Below, piece by piece: positions 25,838 to 36,387 of a DNA stretch of 48,923 nucleotides. The DNA comes from Mycobacteriaceae bacterium (GTDB taxonomy: Bacteria > Pseudomonadota > Gammaproteobacteria > Burkholderiales > Burkholderiaceae_D): NCBI GenBank assembly GCA_903970145.1, contig CAJCHO010000062.1, positions 1 through 48,923 of the forward strand. The letters run 5' to 3'. Position 1 is the stretch's first letter, and each line of letters opens with the position of its first letter. Position numbers and translations under genes: made by a program. The notes beneath the pieces were generated by a model. The model worked only from the letters and a program-made list of their open reading frames with translations, did not search any database and was not told the DNA's origin.

Positions 25838-27155
25838 ACGGAAGCAGTTTAGCCGCTACCGGAACGTTCGGATCGGTGGCGTTCTCGGTGATCACATAGT
25901 CGAGCTTGAACTTCGAACCGGGAGCGGCCTTGACCCACTGCGTTCCGATGATCGGCGTGGCCGACACATTGGGGAAGGGCCCCTTGTTGAAGTCGACCGT
26001 GCCGACCATCGTGGTGGCCTTCAGGGTGCTCAGCGCCTTGGCAACGCTGGCCTTGTCCTTGGCATTAGCGCTCGCCTTCAAGGCCTCGAAACCGGCGTCG
26101 AGCAGCGACATCGACGCGCCGAGCTGCTGGTTCCATTGCTTGCCGGTCTTCTTCTCGTAGCCGTCGGCCAACTCCACGCCCGAAACGCCAGTCAGCGCTG
26201 ACTTGTAGGGATAGTTCTTGTGCCAGTAGCAGGCGCTCGCAATATTGAGGCCAAGCGGACCGAGCGACTCGATCGATGAGGGGAACAGTCCGGTCTTTGC
26301 GACCTGAACGATCTTGGTCATCTTGGTGTAGCCCTGCTGGGCCGCCTGACGCCAGAAGGCAGCGAAGTCGGGCGGGATCGGGAAGGAATTGAAGATCTCG
26401 CACTTCTCAGCCTTGAACTTGGCAATCTGCGCCGAGTAGTCGGTCGTGCCATCTTCGTAGGGCCCGGCATCAACGATGGTAAAGCCGTTGGCTTGCAGGG
26501 CCGGTGCGAGGTGCGCGCGAATGGCGTTGCCATCGGCATCGTTCGGATAGAGAACACCAACTTTCTTGTTGGTCGGGATCTCCGCCCACTGCGAGGTATA
26601 GCACTTGACGAACTCACCCACACCAAACGAGAAATGGTAGGTCCATTTGAAGGGCGACGGTTGGTCGTGCTTGGCGCCGCGACCGAAATACCACGCTTCC
26701 CAGGGCACGATGGTCGACACGCACGGCACACCCGCTGCCTCGCAGGCGTCCGACACCGGATTGACGGTCTCAGGCGTCGAAGTTGCCAGCATCAGGTCAA
26801 TCTTGTCAGTATTGATCAGCGCCTTGGCAAGCTGGCTCGCGCGCGCCGGATCGGACTGGGTATCACGGTCGAGGATTTCAACGGCATAGTGCTTGCCACC
26901 CACCGTGATGCCTGCAGCGAGCGTCTTGCGCGCGACTTCGAGTACGTATTCGTCACCCTCTCCGAACCCGGCCAAAGCGCCCGAACGCGGGCTGATGAAG
27001 CCAACCTTGAGCGTGCCGGCGGCATCGGCACCCTGGGCAAATACCGATGAGGGATTGATCAGCATCAGTCCCGCCGCACCCGCCATGCCAAGCATCTCGC
27101 GGCGCGTGATATTGCGGGTCTCGTCGGGAACTTCCGGAATCTGTTTCTCGTCCAT
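25830..27155 (-). CDS. Periplasmic substrate-binding protein of the LivK/Peripla_BP_6 family with a Tat-type signal peptide.
   Basis: TRREMLGMAGAAGLMLINPSSVFAQG is a twin-arginine signal. It is followed by LKVGFISPRSGALAGFGEGD and the rest of a type I periplasmic binding fold. An AGGAGA Shine-Dalgarno lies 7 nt upstream of MDEKQIPE. The track start 16 codons earlier is unsupported. Confidence 0.8.
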   Translation of the reverse strand: MDEKQIPEVPDETRNITRREMLGMAGAAGLMLINPSSVFAQGADAAGTLKVGFISPRSGALAGFGEGDEYVLEVARKTLAAGITVGGKHYAVEILDRDTQSDPARASQLAKALINTDKIDLMLATSTPETVNPVSDACEAAGVPCVSTIVPWEAWYFGRGAKHDQPSPFKWTYHFSFGVGEFVKCYTSQWAEIPTNKKVGVLYPNDADGNAIRAHLAPALQANGFTIVDAGPYEDGTTDYSAQIAKFKAEKCEIFNSFPIPPDFAAFWRQAAQQGYTKMTKIVQVAKTGLFPSSIESLGPLGLNIASACYWHKNYPYKSALTGVSGVELADGYEKKTGKQWNQQLGASMSLLDAGFEALKASANAKDKASVAKALSTLKATTMVGTVDFNKGPFPNVSATPIIGTQWVKAAPGSKFKLDYVITENATDPNVPVAAKLLPFA

Positions 27156-27195
27156 CTTCGGTCTCCTGGTTTTCGAAGGTGCGGATTCATATCCG

Positions 27196-27241
27196 TTGCG
27201 CAATTGCAGTGGATTGAACCGCTTTGTTTTCAGTGCGCAAC
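27196..27241. promoter_or_regulatory. Two copies of a TGCGCA-core palindrome (TTGCGCAA at 27196-27203 and GTGCGCAAC at 27233-27241). They lie 41 and 78 nt upstream of the ABC substrate-binding protein gene and are a candidate operator.
   Basis: Read directly: ccgTTGCGCAAttgcagtggattgaaccgctttgttttcaGTGCGCAAcatc. Confidence 0.2.
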
Positions 27242-27533
27242 ATCACCCGATCAGCCGGGTATCAGTCGACACATTCTAGCCAAGCCGCATCGGCCCGTCA
27301 GCGTCCAAGATCGCGCCCTGTTTTGAGACGGGCCTTTGGCAAGCCGAATATACGCCTAAACCACCCGTTCTCATGAGCTTGGCGCACTATCGCCCGCGAG
27401 CGCGTAGCGCCATATTGGCGAGCTGCGCAATCAAGTCAACTAGGGTGATCCCTTGTGTCTGCGGAACCTGCGACTGCTATCCCTCTGCGCTCGCCCGGAG
27501 TCCGGCCTCGCGCGGCGAGTCCATCGCGACCAC

Positions 27534-28739
<1,206 letters not shown>

Positions 28740-28794
28740 CTACACTCGTTGCCAGCTTGCGCCAACCGGATCCTGCCCACTCACGCGACGCATC

Positions 28795-29721
28795 TCAGGC
28801 AGCGCTCTGTGCCGCGCCAGGCGCTAAAGTGCCATCCGCGGCCCCGTCAGCGGCGCGTGCGCCAAGACCCAGCAGGCGCATCGCGTTTTGCTTCAGGATT
28901 AGCGGCTTCACTTCCTCCTTAAAGCCCGCCCCGTGAAAATCCTTGATCCAGCGCTCGGGCGTGATGAGCGGGAAGTCCGATCCGAAGAGGATGCGGTCTT
29001 TCAGTAGCGTATTGGCGTATTGCACGAGTTGCGGCGGGAAATATTTCGGACTCCAGCCCGACAGATCGATCCAGATGTTGGGCTTATGCATGGCTAGCGA
29101 GATCGCCTCGTCCTGCCAGGGCCAGGACGGATGGGCGATAACGATCTGCATGTCGGGAAACGCGATTGCCACGTCCTCCAACAGCATCGGATTCGAGTTC
29201 TGCAGACGCAATCCGCCGCCGCAGCGCATGCCACTGCCGATGCCGGAATGCCCGCTATGAAAAATCGCCGGCAGCTTATGGTGAGCGATCACCTCGTAGA
29301 TCGGCCAGGCCATCTGGTCGGCCGGCTCGAATCCCTGCACGGTCGGGTGAAACTTGAAGCCGCGAACACCGTACTCCTCGATCAGCTTGACGGCCTCGCG
29401 CGCACCCATCTTGCCCTTATGCGGATCGATGCTGCCAAAGGCGATCATGATGTCGCTATTGGCCTGGGCAGCTTCGGCAATCTCTTCGTTGGGGATACGC
29501 CGCCGACCCAGTTGCGTCTCGGCATCGACCGTGAAATTGACGAAGCCAATCTTGATCTGGCGATAGTAGGCGATGGTTTCGTCCATCGTCGGGCGCCGGC
29601 TCGAACGAAAATACTTGTCGGCGGCCCGGTCATATTCCTCACCATAGTTGTCGAATGGATTGCGACACGACACCTCGAGGTGGGTATGGGTGTCGATCGC
29701 GATCAGATTCTCAAGATCCAT
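28795..29721 (-). CDS. Amidohydrolase_2 (PF04909) family metal-dependent TIM-barrel hydrolase or decarboxylase. Its substrate is unknown, and it is probably linked to the aromatic pathway.
   Basis: AIDTHTHLE is the HxH metal motif. GFKFHP and ILFGSDFPL are the His and Asp strands. A GAGGAT lies 6 nt upstream of MDLENLIA. The track ORF's 68 upstream codons are unsupported. Confidence 0.7.
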   Translation of the reverse strand: MDLENLIAIDTHTHLEVSCRNPFDNYGEEYDRAADKYFRSSRRPTMDETIAYYRQIKIGFVNFTVDAETQLGRRRIPNEEIAEAAQANSDIMIAFGSIDPHKGKMGAREAVKLIEEYGVRGFKFHPTVQGFEPADQMAWPIYEVIAHHKLPAIFHSGHSGIGSGMRCGGGLRLQNSNPMLLEDVAIAFPDMQIVIAHPSWPWQDEAISLAMHKPNIWIDLSGWSPKYFPPQLVQYANTLLKDRILFGSDFPLITPERWIKDFHGAGFKEEVKPLILKQNAMRLLGLGARAADGAADGTLAPGAAQSAA

Positions 29722-30101
29722 TGCTATCCTCGGCCAGATATTGCCCCCGACAAGGCAGGCAGGGTGCGCTTGCTGCAGCGCGACATCGACTGCACAGTCT
29801 GCTTCAGACCTCGAAGAATACCGCGTACCCGGAGCCGGCGTCCTATTGCCGCGCGGAATTTTCTCCTCTACATTGCAGGCTCGCGCGGGCGCGATCGCAC
29901 CAACCAAGCGCAGCGGGGGCTTCACATGCCACTAACCTCGCACGGGCCCGCACGAGACCGAAAGCAAGACCGGCGCCGCAGAGCGCCAGCGCAAACGAGA
30001 CATCCCGGTGTGCGCAGCCGGATCTGGAGCACTTCCCCTGGCCGATCGCGATCCACAGTCGCGCGGCGACTTGCAGGACACCTAATATCTGAGGACAGGC
30101 A

Positions 30102-31556
30102 ATGAATCTACTCGACCCGGCAAAATTCGGAGAGCGCATCTTTTGCGGCACCTGGGAGGCGGCGGCGGAAAGCCACCCGCTGCAGGAACCGGCAACTGAC
30201 GAGCCGATCTTCAAGCTCGGCCATGCGAGTCCCGCAGACGTCAAGAAGAGCGCCGCAGCGGCACGACAAGCGCAACTTAAATGGGTCAAATTGCCGCGCA
30301 AGGAGCGCGCCGCCGTATTTGCCAAGGCGGCCGAGCTCCTCGAGAGCCACGGCGCCGAGTTGACGCCACTTCTGATGCGCGAATCGGGCTCGATCGGCCC
30401 GAAGATCGGCGTCGAGCTGGAAATGGCTGCCGGCATCTGCCGCGAGGCAGCGGCGATGATCAACCAGCCCTACGGACTGATGCTGCCGGCCGACAACGGC
30501 CGCCTGTCGCTCGCGCGCCGCGTCGCCCACGGCGTGGTCGGCGTGATCTCGCCGTTCAATTTCCCGCTGATTCTCTCGATGCGAGCGGTAGCACCGGCGC
30601 TTGCGGCCGGCAATACCGTGGTCTTAAAGCCCGACCTGCGCACGCCCATGCTGGGAGGTTTTCTGATCGCGCGCGTTTTCGAAGAAGCCGGCCTGCCGGC
30701 GGGATGCCTGCATGTGCTGCCTGGTGCGGCCGCCGTTGGCGAGGCGATGTGCACGGACCCTAATATCGCCATGATCTCCTTTACGGGTTCAACCAATGTC
30801 GGTCGGCGGGTGGGAGAACTGGCGGGCAAGCATCTCAAGAAGGTAACCCTTGAGCTCGGTGGCAAGAATTGCCTCGTGATTCTTGAGGACGCCGATGTCG
30901 CAGTGGCCGCGTCCAACGCCGCCTGGGGCGCCTACCTGCACCAGGGCCAGATCTGCATGGCCACGGGCCTCGTATTCGTGCACGAAAAGATCTACGAGCC
31001 CTTCCTTGCGGCACTGATCGAGAAAGCCCGGCACCTGCCGGTGGGGGATCCTGCCAGCGGCCAGGTCGCCCTCGGGCCGATCATAGACAGGAAACAGGCC
31101 GAGCGCGTACACGCCCTGGTGTCAGACACCATCGCTGCCGGCGCAAAACTCGAGGCCGGCGGCACGCATGAGGGCAGCTTCTACAAGCCGACCGTTCTGA
31201 CCGGGGTCAAGCCTGGCATGCGCAGCTTCGACGAAGAAGTGTTCGGTCCGGTCGCCTCAGTCATCAAGTTCAAGGACGAAAGCGAAGTCGTCGCACTTGC
31301 CACCCGTTCCGAGTATGGACTCTCGCTTGGCGTGATTACCCGCGACACCGGGCGGGGTCTGGCGCTTGCAGAACAGATTCCAACCGGCATTGTCCATATC
31401 AATGACCAGACGGTCGGCGACGATCCGACCATTCCCTTTGGTGGACGCGGCGCCTCAGGCAATGGCGGCCGCCATGGCGGCCCGGCCAACTGGGAGGAAT
31501 TCGCGCAATGGCAGTGGGTCACCATCGACGCCGCTGCCCATCCCTATCCCTTCTAG
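30102..31556 (+). CDS. NAD(P)+ aldehyde dehydrogenase, most similar to benzaldehyde or vanillin dehydrogenase.
   Basis: The ALDH motifs are VTLELGGKNCLVILEDAD (with the catalytic Cys region) and FTGSTNVGRRVG. A GAGGACAGG Shine-Dalgarno is present. Confidence 0.85.
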   Translation: MNLLDPAKFGERIFCGTWEAAAESHPLQEPATDEPIFKLGHASPADVKKSAAAARQAQLKWVKLPRKERAAVFAKAAELLESHGAELTPLLMRESGSIGPKIGVELEMAAGICREAAAMINQPYGLMLPADNGRLSLARRVAHGVVGVISPFNFPLILSMRAVAPALAAGNTVVLKPDLRTPMLGGFLIARVFEEAGLPAGCLHVLPGAAAVGEAMCTDPNIAMISFTGSTNVGRRVGELAGKHLKKVTLELGGKNCLVILEDADVAVAASNAAWGAYLHQGQICMATGLVFVHEKIYEPFLAALIEKARHLPVGDPASGQVALGPIIDRKQAERVHALVSDTIAAGAKLEAGGTHEGSFYKPTVLTGVKPGMRSFDEEVFGPVASVIKFKDESEVVALATRSEYGLSLGVITRDTGRGLALAEQIPTGIVHINDQTVGDDPTIPFGGRGASGNGGRHGGPANWEEFAQWQWVTIDAAAHPYPF

Positions 31557-31586
31557 GGTCTGGTAAGCGCAAGACCGGGAGCAACG

Positions 31587-32690
31587 ATGCAAATCAAAGC
31601 CGCAGTCACCCGTGCCCCGCATGGCCCTCAATCGCTCGAGTCGCTCGAGCTCGAGGAGCCACGCAGCGACGAAATCCTTGTGCGGGTGGTTGCGACCGGC
31701 GTATGCCACACCGACATCGCCATGCGTGACCAGGCTTTTCCGGTTCCGCAGCCGATCGTGCTCGGTCATGAAGGGGCCGGCTTCGTCGAGAAAATCGGCT
31801 CCGCGGTAACGCGCGTCGCAGTCGGCGACAGCGTCGTGATGAGCTACAACTCCTGCGGGGTATGCGAGAGCTGCGTCGAGCATGAGGCGACTTACTGCCA
31901 CGATTTCTTTGGCCGCAACTTCGCGGGTGTACGACCCGACGGTTCGTCGGCGCTCTCGAAGGGCGGCGAAAAGATCCACGGCAATTTCTTCGGCCAATCG
32001 TCCTTCGCGAATTTTGCGCTCTGTCATGAACGCAATGTCGTCAAGGTACCCGAAGGCGCGCCGCTTGAACGCCTCGGTCCGCTCGCCTGTGGTATCCAGA
32101 CCGGCGCCGGTGCGGTGATCAACGCCCTGAAGGTCGGCGTCGGCAAGTCCATCGCCGTATTTGGAACCGGATCAGTCGGCCTGTCGGCGATCATGGCGGC
32201 GCACGTCGTGGGTGCCACGACAATCATCGGCATCGATCTGAACGCCCAACGCCTCAAGTTGGCAAGGGAGCTCGGCGCGACCCACACGATCAACGCAGGG
32301 TCTGAGAACGTACTCGAGCAGATCATGTTGATTACCGACAGCGGCGTGCATTTCGCGCTGGATACGACCGCAAACGCCAAGGTCATCCGCCAGGCGGTGG
32401 AAAGCCTGACCCTGCGAGGCGAATGCGGTCTCGTCGGCGCGTCCACCGCTGGCACGGAAATCAGCCTCGATGTGCTGCACCTGATGACCGCGGGACGCAA
32501 GGTACGCGGCATCGTCGAAGGCGACAGCGTGCCGGAGATATTCATCCCGCAGCTGATTCAATTGCACCTGCAGGGCCGATTCCCGTTCGACAAGATGCTG
32601 CGCTACTACGACTTCGCCGATATTAATCAGGCGATTGCCGATTCGGAATCCGGTGCAACCATCAAACCGGTCTTGCGCATGACACGCTAA
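31587..32690 (+). CDS. Zn-dependent aryl-alcohol (benzyl alcohol) dehydrogenase, XylB-like.
   Basis: MQIKAAVTRAPHGPQSLESLELEEPRSDEILVRVVATGVCHTDIAMRDQAFPVPQPIVLGHEGAGFVEKIGSAV ... FFGQSSFANFAL ... LGPLACGIQTGAGAV ... AVFGTGSVGLSAIMAA is collinear with P. putida XylB (MEIKAAIVRQ...LVATGLCHTDL...FGHEGAG). Confidence 0.85.
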   Translation: MQIKAAVTRAPHGPQSLESLELEEPRSDEILVRVVATGVCHTDIAMRDQAFPVPQPIVLGHEGAGFVEKIGSAVTRVAVGDSVVMSYNSCGVCESCVEHEATYCHDFFGRNFAGVRPDGSSALSKGGEKIHGNFFGQSSFANFALCHERNVVKVPEGAPLERLGPLACGIQTGAGAVINALKVGVGKSIAVFGTGSVGLSAIMAAHVVGATTIIGIDLNAQRLKLARELGATHTINAGSENVLEQIMLITDSGVHFALDTTANAKVIRQAVESLTLRGECGLVGASTAGTEISLDVLHLMTAGRKVRGIVEGDSVPEIFIPQLIQLHLQGRFPFDKMLRYYDFADINQAIADSESGATIKPVLRMTR

Positions 32691-32767
32691 GGAGGGGAAA
32701 GCTGTGCGGCATGCGCAGCATTTCGACTGCGCATGCCCTGCCCTTCAAGTCAGGATTGTGCTGAGAG

Positions 32768-33241
32768 TCATCCCGCGAATGCTCGTTCAAGTGCGGCGAT
32801 GTCGATCTTGGCCATTCTCAGCATCGCGTCCGCGGCGCGCTTGGACTTCATTGGATCAGAGTCCGACATCATCCGCGTCAGGACGGTCGGGGTAATCTGC
32901 CAGGACACCCCGAATCGATCAGTCAGCCAGCCGCATTGACTCGGGGAGCCGCCTTTGCAGAGCGCCGACCAATAGCGATCCACTTCGTCCTGGTCATCGC
33001 AGTGGACGACAAACGAGATCGCGCGATTAAAGGGGTCGAGCGGTCCCGCACTCATCGCAGTGAATGACTGGCCAAATAAAACGAACTCGACGACTTTGAC
33101 GGATCCGGCGGACCCACTCGGTGAGTCCGTCGGCAGAACGCTCACCCGAACGACACGCGAGTCCGGAAATATCGAGGCATAGAAGCTTGCCGCTTCCTCC
33201 GCCTCGCGTGAGTACCATAAAAAAGGTGTAATTTTTTGCAT
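32768..33241 (-). CDS. VOC/glyoxalase-superfamily protein of the PhnB/YjdN type.
   Basis: MQKITPFLWYSREAEEAASFYASIFPDSRVV ... FGQSFTAMSAG ... DQDEVDRYWSAL ... GWLTDRFGVSWQI matches the PhnB-like 3-demethylubiquinone methyltransferase-domain family. A GGGGAGAA Shine-Dalgarno lies 5 nt upstream. Confidence 0.6.
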   Translation of the reverse strand: MQKITPFLWYSREAEEAASFYASIFPDSRVVRVSVLPTDSPSGSAGSVKVVEFVLFGQSFTAMSAGPLDPFNRAISFVVHCDDQDEVDRYWSALCKGGSPSQCGWLTDRFGVSWQITPTVLTRMMSDSDPMKSKRAADAMLRMAKIDIAALERAFAG

Positions 33242-33731
33242 GCATTCTCCCCGTCGGCCTGCAAATGAGAATCGCTCAGCATCTCTCAAATACGAGGTGC
33301 ATCGATCATGCGAATGCTAGTCGAGCTCGCAGCGCACTTCAATATCCCTTCGTGATCAAGTTCTTAGCTCGCCCCAGAAATTCGAGTCCCCGATCGCTCC
33401 CACAAGCGCGCGTGCCTTCGACACAGTTTGAACTGCGATTGCATGCGCATCAACACTCAGGTACTCGCCTGGCGAATTCCCTGAAACCGCCTATGATGGG
33501 TTTCATGGGCAGATAAAAACCTGGTTCGCAAATCACCGGGACTGTTCTGGTGTGATGCGACTCACGCAAAACGCCCTATCCGCAGATCAATCCCCCCAAC
33601 ACACATCCGGACACAGAGCCATGGCCTGCGCACAACCAAAGCCCAGGACAGCGGCTTTGTCCGTCCGCTTGCCGCATTGGGCGGCCCTGATTGGACTGCA
33701 TTGATTCATTGCACTCAAAGATGGTGAAATC

Positions 33732-35759
33732 ATGACTCTCATTCTCGATAATCTTGGCACGATCGGCTGGATCGTTGCGGTCCTGATTGTCGTGTCGCTC
33801 TACCGCTGGATACTGTGGTTGTTTGGCGTAATCATCGTGCCCAACGATTCCATTGGCATTGTCACCAAGCGTTTCACGCTTCTCGGAAGTCACCGAACTC
33901 TGCCCGATGGGCGCATCGTCGCCCTGTATGGCGAGGCCGGCTACCAAAGCGATACGCTCGCGCCCGGATTGCATCTGGCACTCTGGCCGTGGCAGTTCAG
34001 CGTGCACCTTGAGAAGTTCTTCATCGTGCCACCCGGCAAGATCGGCCTCGTCGAAGCCTGTGACGGCAAGCCGCTCGCCAGCGGACGCATTATCGCGCGC
34101 CAGGTGTCCTGCGATACCTTCCAGGATGCACGCGCCTTTCTGGAGAATGACGGTGAGCGCGGGCCGCAAATGGAAGTGATTCCACCGGGCACCTATCGCA
34201 TCAATTCGCTGCTTTTCACGGTGACGATCGCTGACGTGATCAGCATTCCTCCGGGCAAGATCGGCGTGGTTGAAGCGCGCGACGGCGCAGCTCTCGGCGC
34301 GGGCCGGATCATCGCGCGCCAGGTGCAGTGCGACTCGTTTCAGGACGGGCGCGCTTTTCTTGCCGGGGGCGGCGAACGCGGACCGCAGATGGGCATCATC
34401 TCGCCCGGGACCTATCGCATCAACACGCTACTGTTCAATGTGCAGCTGTCCGATGTGGTCGACATTCCTGACAACAAGGTCGGTATCGTCACAACCCGCG
34501 AAGGCAAGCCGCTGGATGCAGGTGAAATCGCGGGACCTGCGGTGCCTGACCACAATATGTTTCAGAACCCCGACGCGTTCGTAAGAAATGGCGGCTGCAA
34601 GGGATTGCAGGAGCAGGTGCTGCTCGCCGGCCGCTACTTCATCAATCCGCGCTTTGCAACCATTGAGATGGTCGATATGATCGAGGTGCCGATTGCCCAC
34701 GTTGGCGTCGTCATCGCGTTCGTAGGCAAGGAGGGCAAGGATGTCACGGGCGACGCATTTCGCCACGGGAATCTCGTCAGTCGCAACGAGAAAGGTGTCT
34801 GGGTGGATCCGCTTGATCCAGGTAAATACCCAATGAACCCTTATACGCACAAGGTCAGCAATGTCCCGACTGCCAATGTGGTTCTCAACTGGGCGACCGG
34901 CAAAACCGAAGCTCACAAACTCGACGCCAACCTGTCGACGATCACCGTGCGCTCGGCCGACGGCTTCAAGTTCAATCTGGATGTCTCGCAGATCATCCAC
35001 ATCCCGCGCAACGATGCTCCGAAAGTCATCGCGCGATTTGGCGGGATGCAGGCTTTGGTGACCCAGGTTCTTGAACCGACCATTGGCAACTACTTTCGCA
35101 ACGCGGCTCAGGGTTCGGACATCATCGACTTTCTCAAGAATCGCTCGACACGCCAGAACGAGGCGCGCGAGTCGATCTCGAACGCCCTGAAGGATTACAA
35201 CGTCGGAGCGGTGGACACGCTGATCGGGGATATCGTGCCGCCGGAGGAGTTGATGAAGACCCTGACGGACCGCAAGCTCGCCGAGCAGGAGCGCGTGACC
35301 TTCGATACGCAGCGCATGGCGCAGATAGTCAGGCAGGAGCTTGAACAGGCAACGGCGCTCGCAGCCACCCAGGCCAAAGTGGTGGACGCCGAACGACGCG
35401 TCTCGATTGCCGAGTTTGACGCCAGGTCGACCGTCAAGGCCGCCGAGGGTGAAGCCCAGGCGAAGACCATCAACGCCGAGGCCGACTCAAAGGTACTACG
35501 CATGGTCGGCGAAGCTGAAGCCGACAAGGTCAGTGCCGTCGGCGGAGCCGAGGCCGAGGTGATCAAAAAGAAGATCGACTCGATGGAGTCAGGCAACTAC
35601 GCGATCGTCCAGGTCGCGCAGGCCCTGGCGTCGGCCGGTGTCAAGCTGGTCCCCGATATCGTCGCCGGCGGCGTATCAGCTGCCCAGGGTGGAACGCTGG
35701 TTGACGTCCTGCTGGCTAATCTCGTTCGAGATAGCGTGCGGCACGAACCCGCGCACTGA
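33732..35759 (+). CDS. SPFH/band-7 flotillin-like protein of the YqiK type. It has an N-terminal TM anchor and a ~75-aa internal repeat.
   Basis: The N-terminal hydrophobic anchor is IGWIVAVLIVVSLYRWILWLFGVI. A four-fold internal repeat has the form PPGKIG(L/V)VEA(C/R)DG...GRIIARQV(S/Q)CD(T/S)FQD(A/G)RAFL...GERGPQM..PGTYRIN(S/T)LLF. A long Ala/Glu-rich coiled-coil C-terminal half (AEQERVTFDTQRMAQIVRQELEQATALAATQAKVVDAERR) is typical of YqiK-like flotillins. Confidence 0.8.
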   Translation: MTLILDNLGTIGWIVAVLIVVSLYRWILWLFGVIIVPNDSIGIVTKRFTLLGSHRTLPDGRIVALYGEAGYQSDTLAPGLHLALWPWQFSVHLEKFFIVPPGKIGLVEACDGKPLASGRIIARQVSCDTFQDARAFLENDGERGPQMEVIPPGTYRINSLLFTVTIADVISIPPGKIGVVEARDGAALGAGRIIARQVQCDSFQDGRAFLAGGGERGPQMGIISPGTYRINTLLFNVQLSDVVDIPDNKVGIVTTREGKPLDAGEIAGPAVPDHNMFQNPDAFVRNGGCKGLQEQVLLAGRYFINPRFATIEMVDMIEVPIAHVGVVIAFVGKEGKDVTGDAFRHGNLVSRNEKGVWVDPLDPGKYPMNPYTHKVSNVPTANVVLNWATGKTEAHKLDANLSTITVRSADGFKFNLDVSQIIHIPRNDAPKVIARFGGMQALVTQVLEPTIGNYFRNAAQGSDIIDFLKNRSTRQNEARESISNALKDYNVGAVDTLIGDIVPPEELMKTLTDRKLAEQERVTFDTQRMAQIVRQELEQATALAATQAKVVDAERRVSIAEFDARSTVKAAEGEAQAKTINAEADSKVLRMVGEAEADKVSAVGGAEAEVIKKKIDSMESGNYAIVQVAQALASAGVKLVPDIVAGGVSAAQGGTLVDVLLANLVRDSVRHEPAH

Positions 35760-35885
35760 GGATGGACCGGGCCCGTAATTCGAAGCCCGGGCAGGAAGCT
35801 GGCGGGGGCGCGTCGCGAGAGCACGCGTCCCCGTCACTGAGACTTATCCTGCACCTCAAACCGAAACAGCCCCGCAGCCCCGCGC

Positions 35886-36161
35886 CTAGCGACTCAATCC
35901 GAATCTTGCTGCACTACGCAAGCGTGCACGTTCCTTTTCCACCTCGCGGTTGCGTGGCTCGGCATTGGTGACGAGCGACGCGATGAGCAATTGCGCGGCC
36001 GCTGCTACCTCGTCGACCGCACGCTCGAAGGCCGGCGCGTTGGCTTTTGATGGCGCCGTAAATCCGCTGAGCTTGCGAACAAACTGGATGGATGCGTCAC
36101 GGATCTCGGCATCGCTTGCCGGCGGCTCGAAATTGAACAAGGTCTTGATGTTTCTGCACAT
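35886..36161 (-). CDS. DUF2277 domain protein.
   Basis: MCRNIKTLFNFEPPASDAEIRDASIQFVRKLSGF matches the DUF2277 N-terminal. The start was moved to this Met. Confidence 0.6.
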   Translation of the reverse strand: MCRNIKTLFNFEPPASDAEIRDASIQFVRKLSGFTAPSKANAPAFERAVDEVAAAAQLLIASLVTNAEPRNREVEKERARLRSAARFGLSR

Positions 36162-36387
36162 GTTGACTCCGTCGGTGGCTCCGGCACCACGAGATGCCGA
36201 CCCTGAATTGGACGCGTAATCTGGACGGCCTGCAAGATTGGCCGCTGCGTGACAGAATTCGCGTGCGTTTCGCGGCAACTGGTCGCACACTTATATACAC
36301 ACGTGTGTTGCCCGGTCGCGGGCGTCACACGGACCATGAACCGACATAATCGGGTTCGCAAGATGCGCGAGTCGCTTAGGGGGGCGC

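Noticed and set aside
33576-34169. A 197-aa minus-strand ORF.
   Set aside because: It overlaps the flotillin gene start on the opposite strand and has no motifs. NfeD could not be recognised in any frame there.
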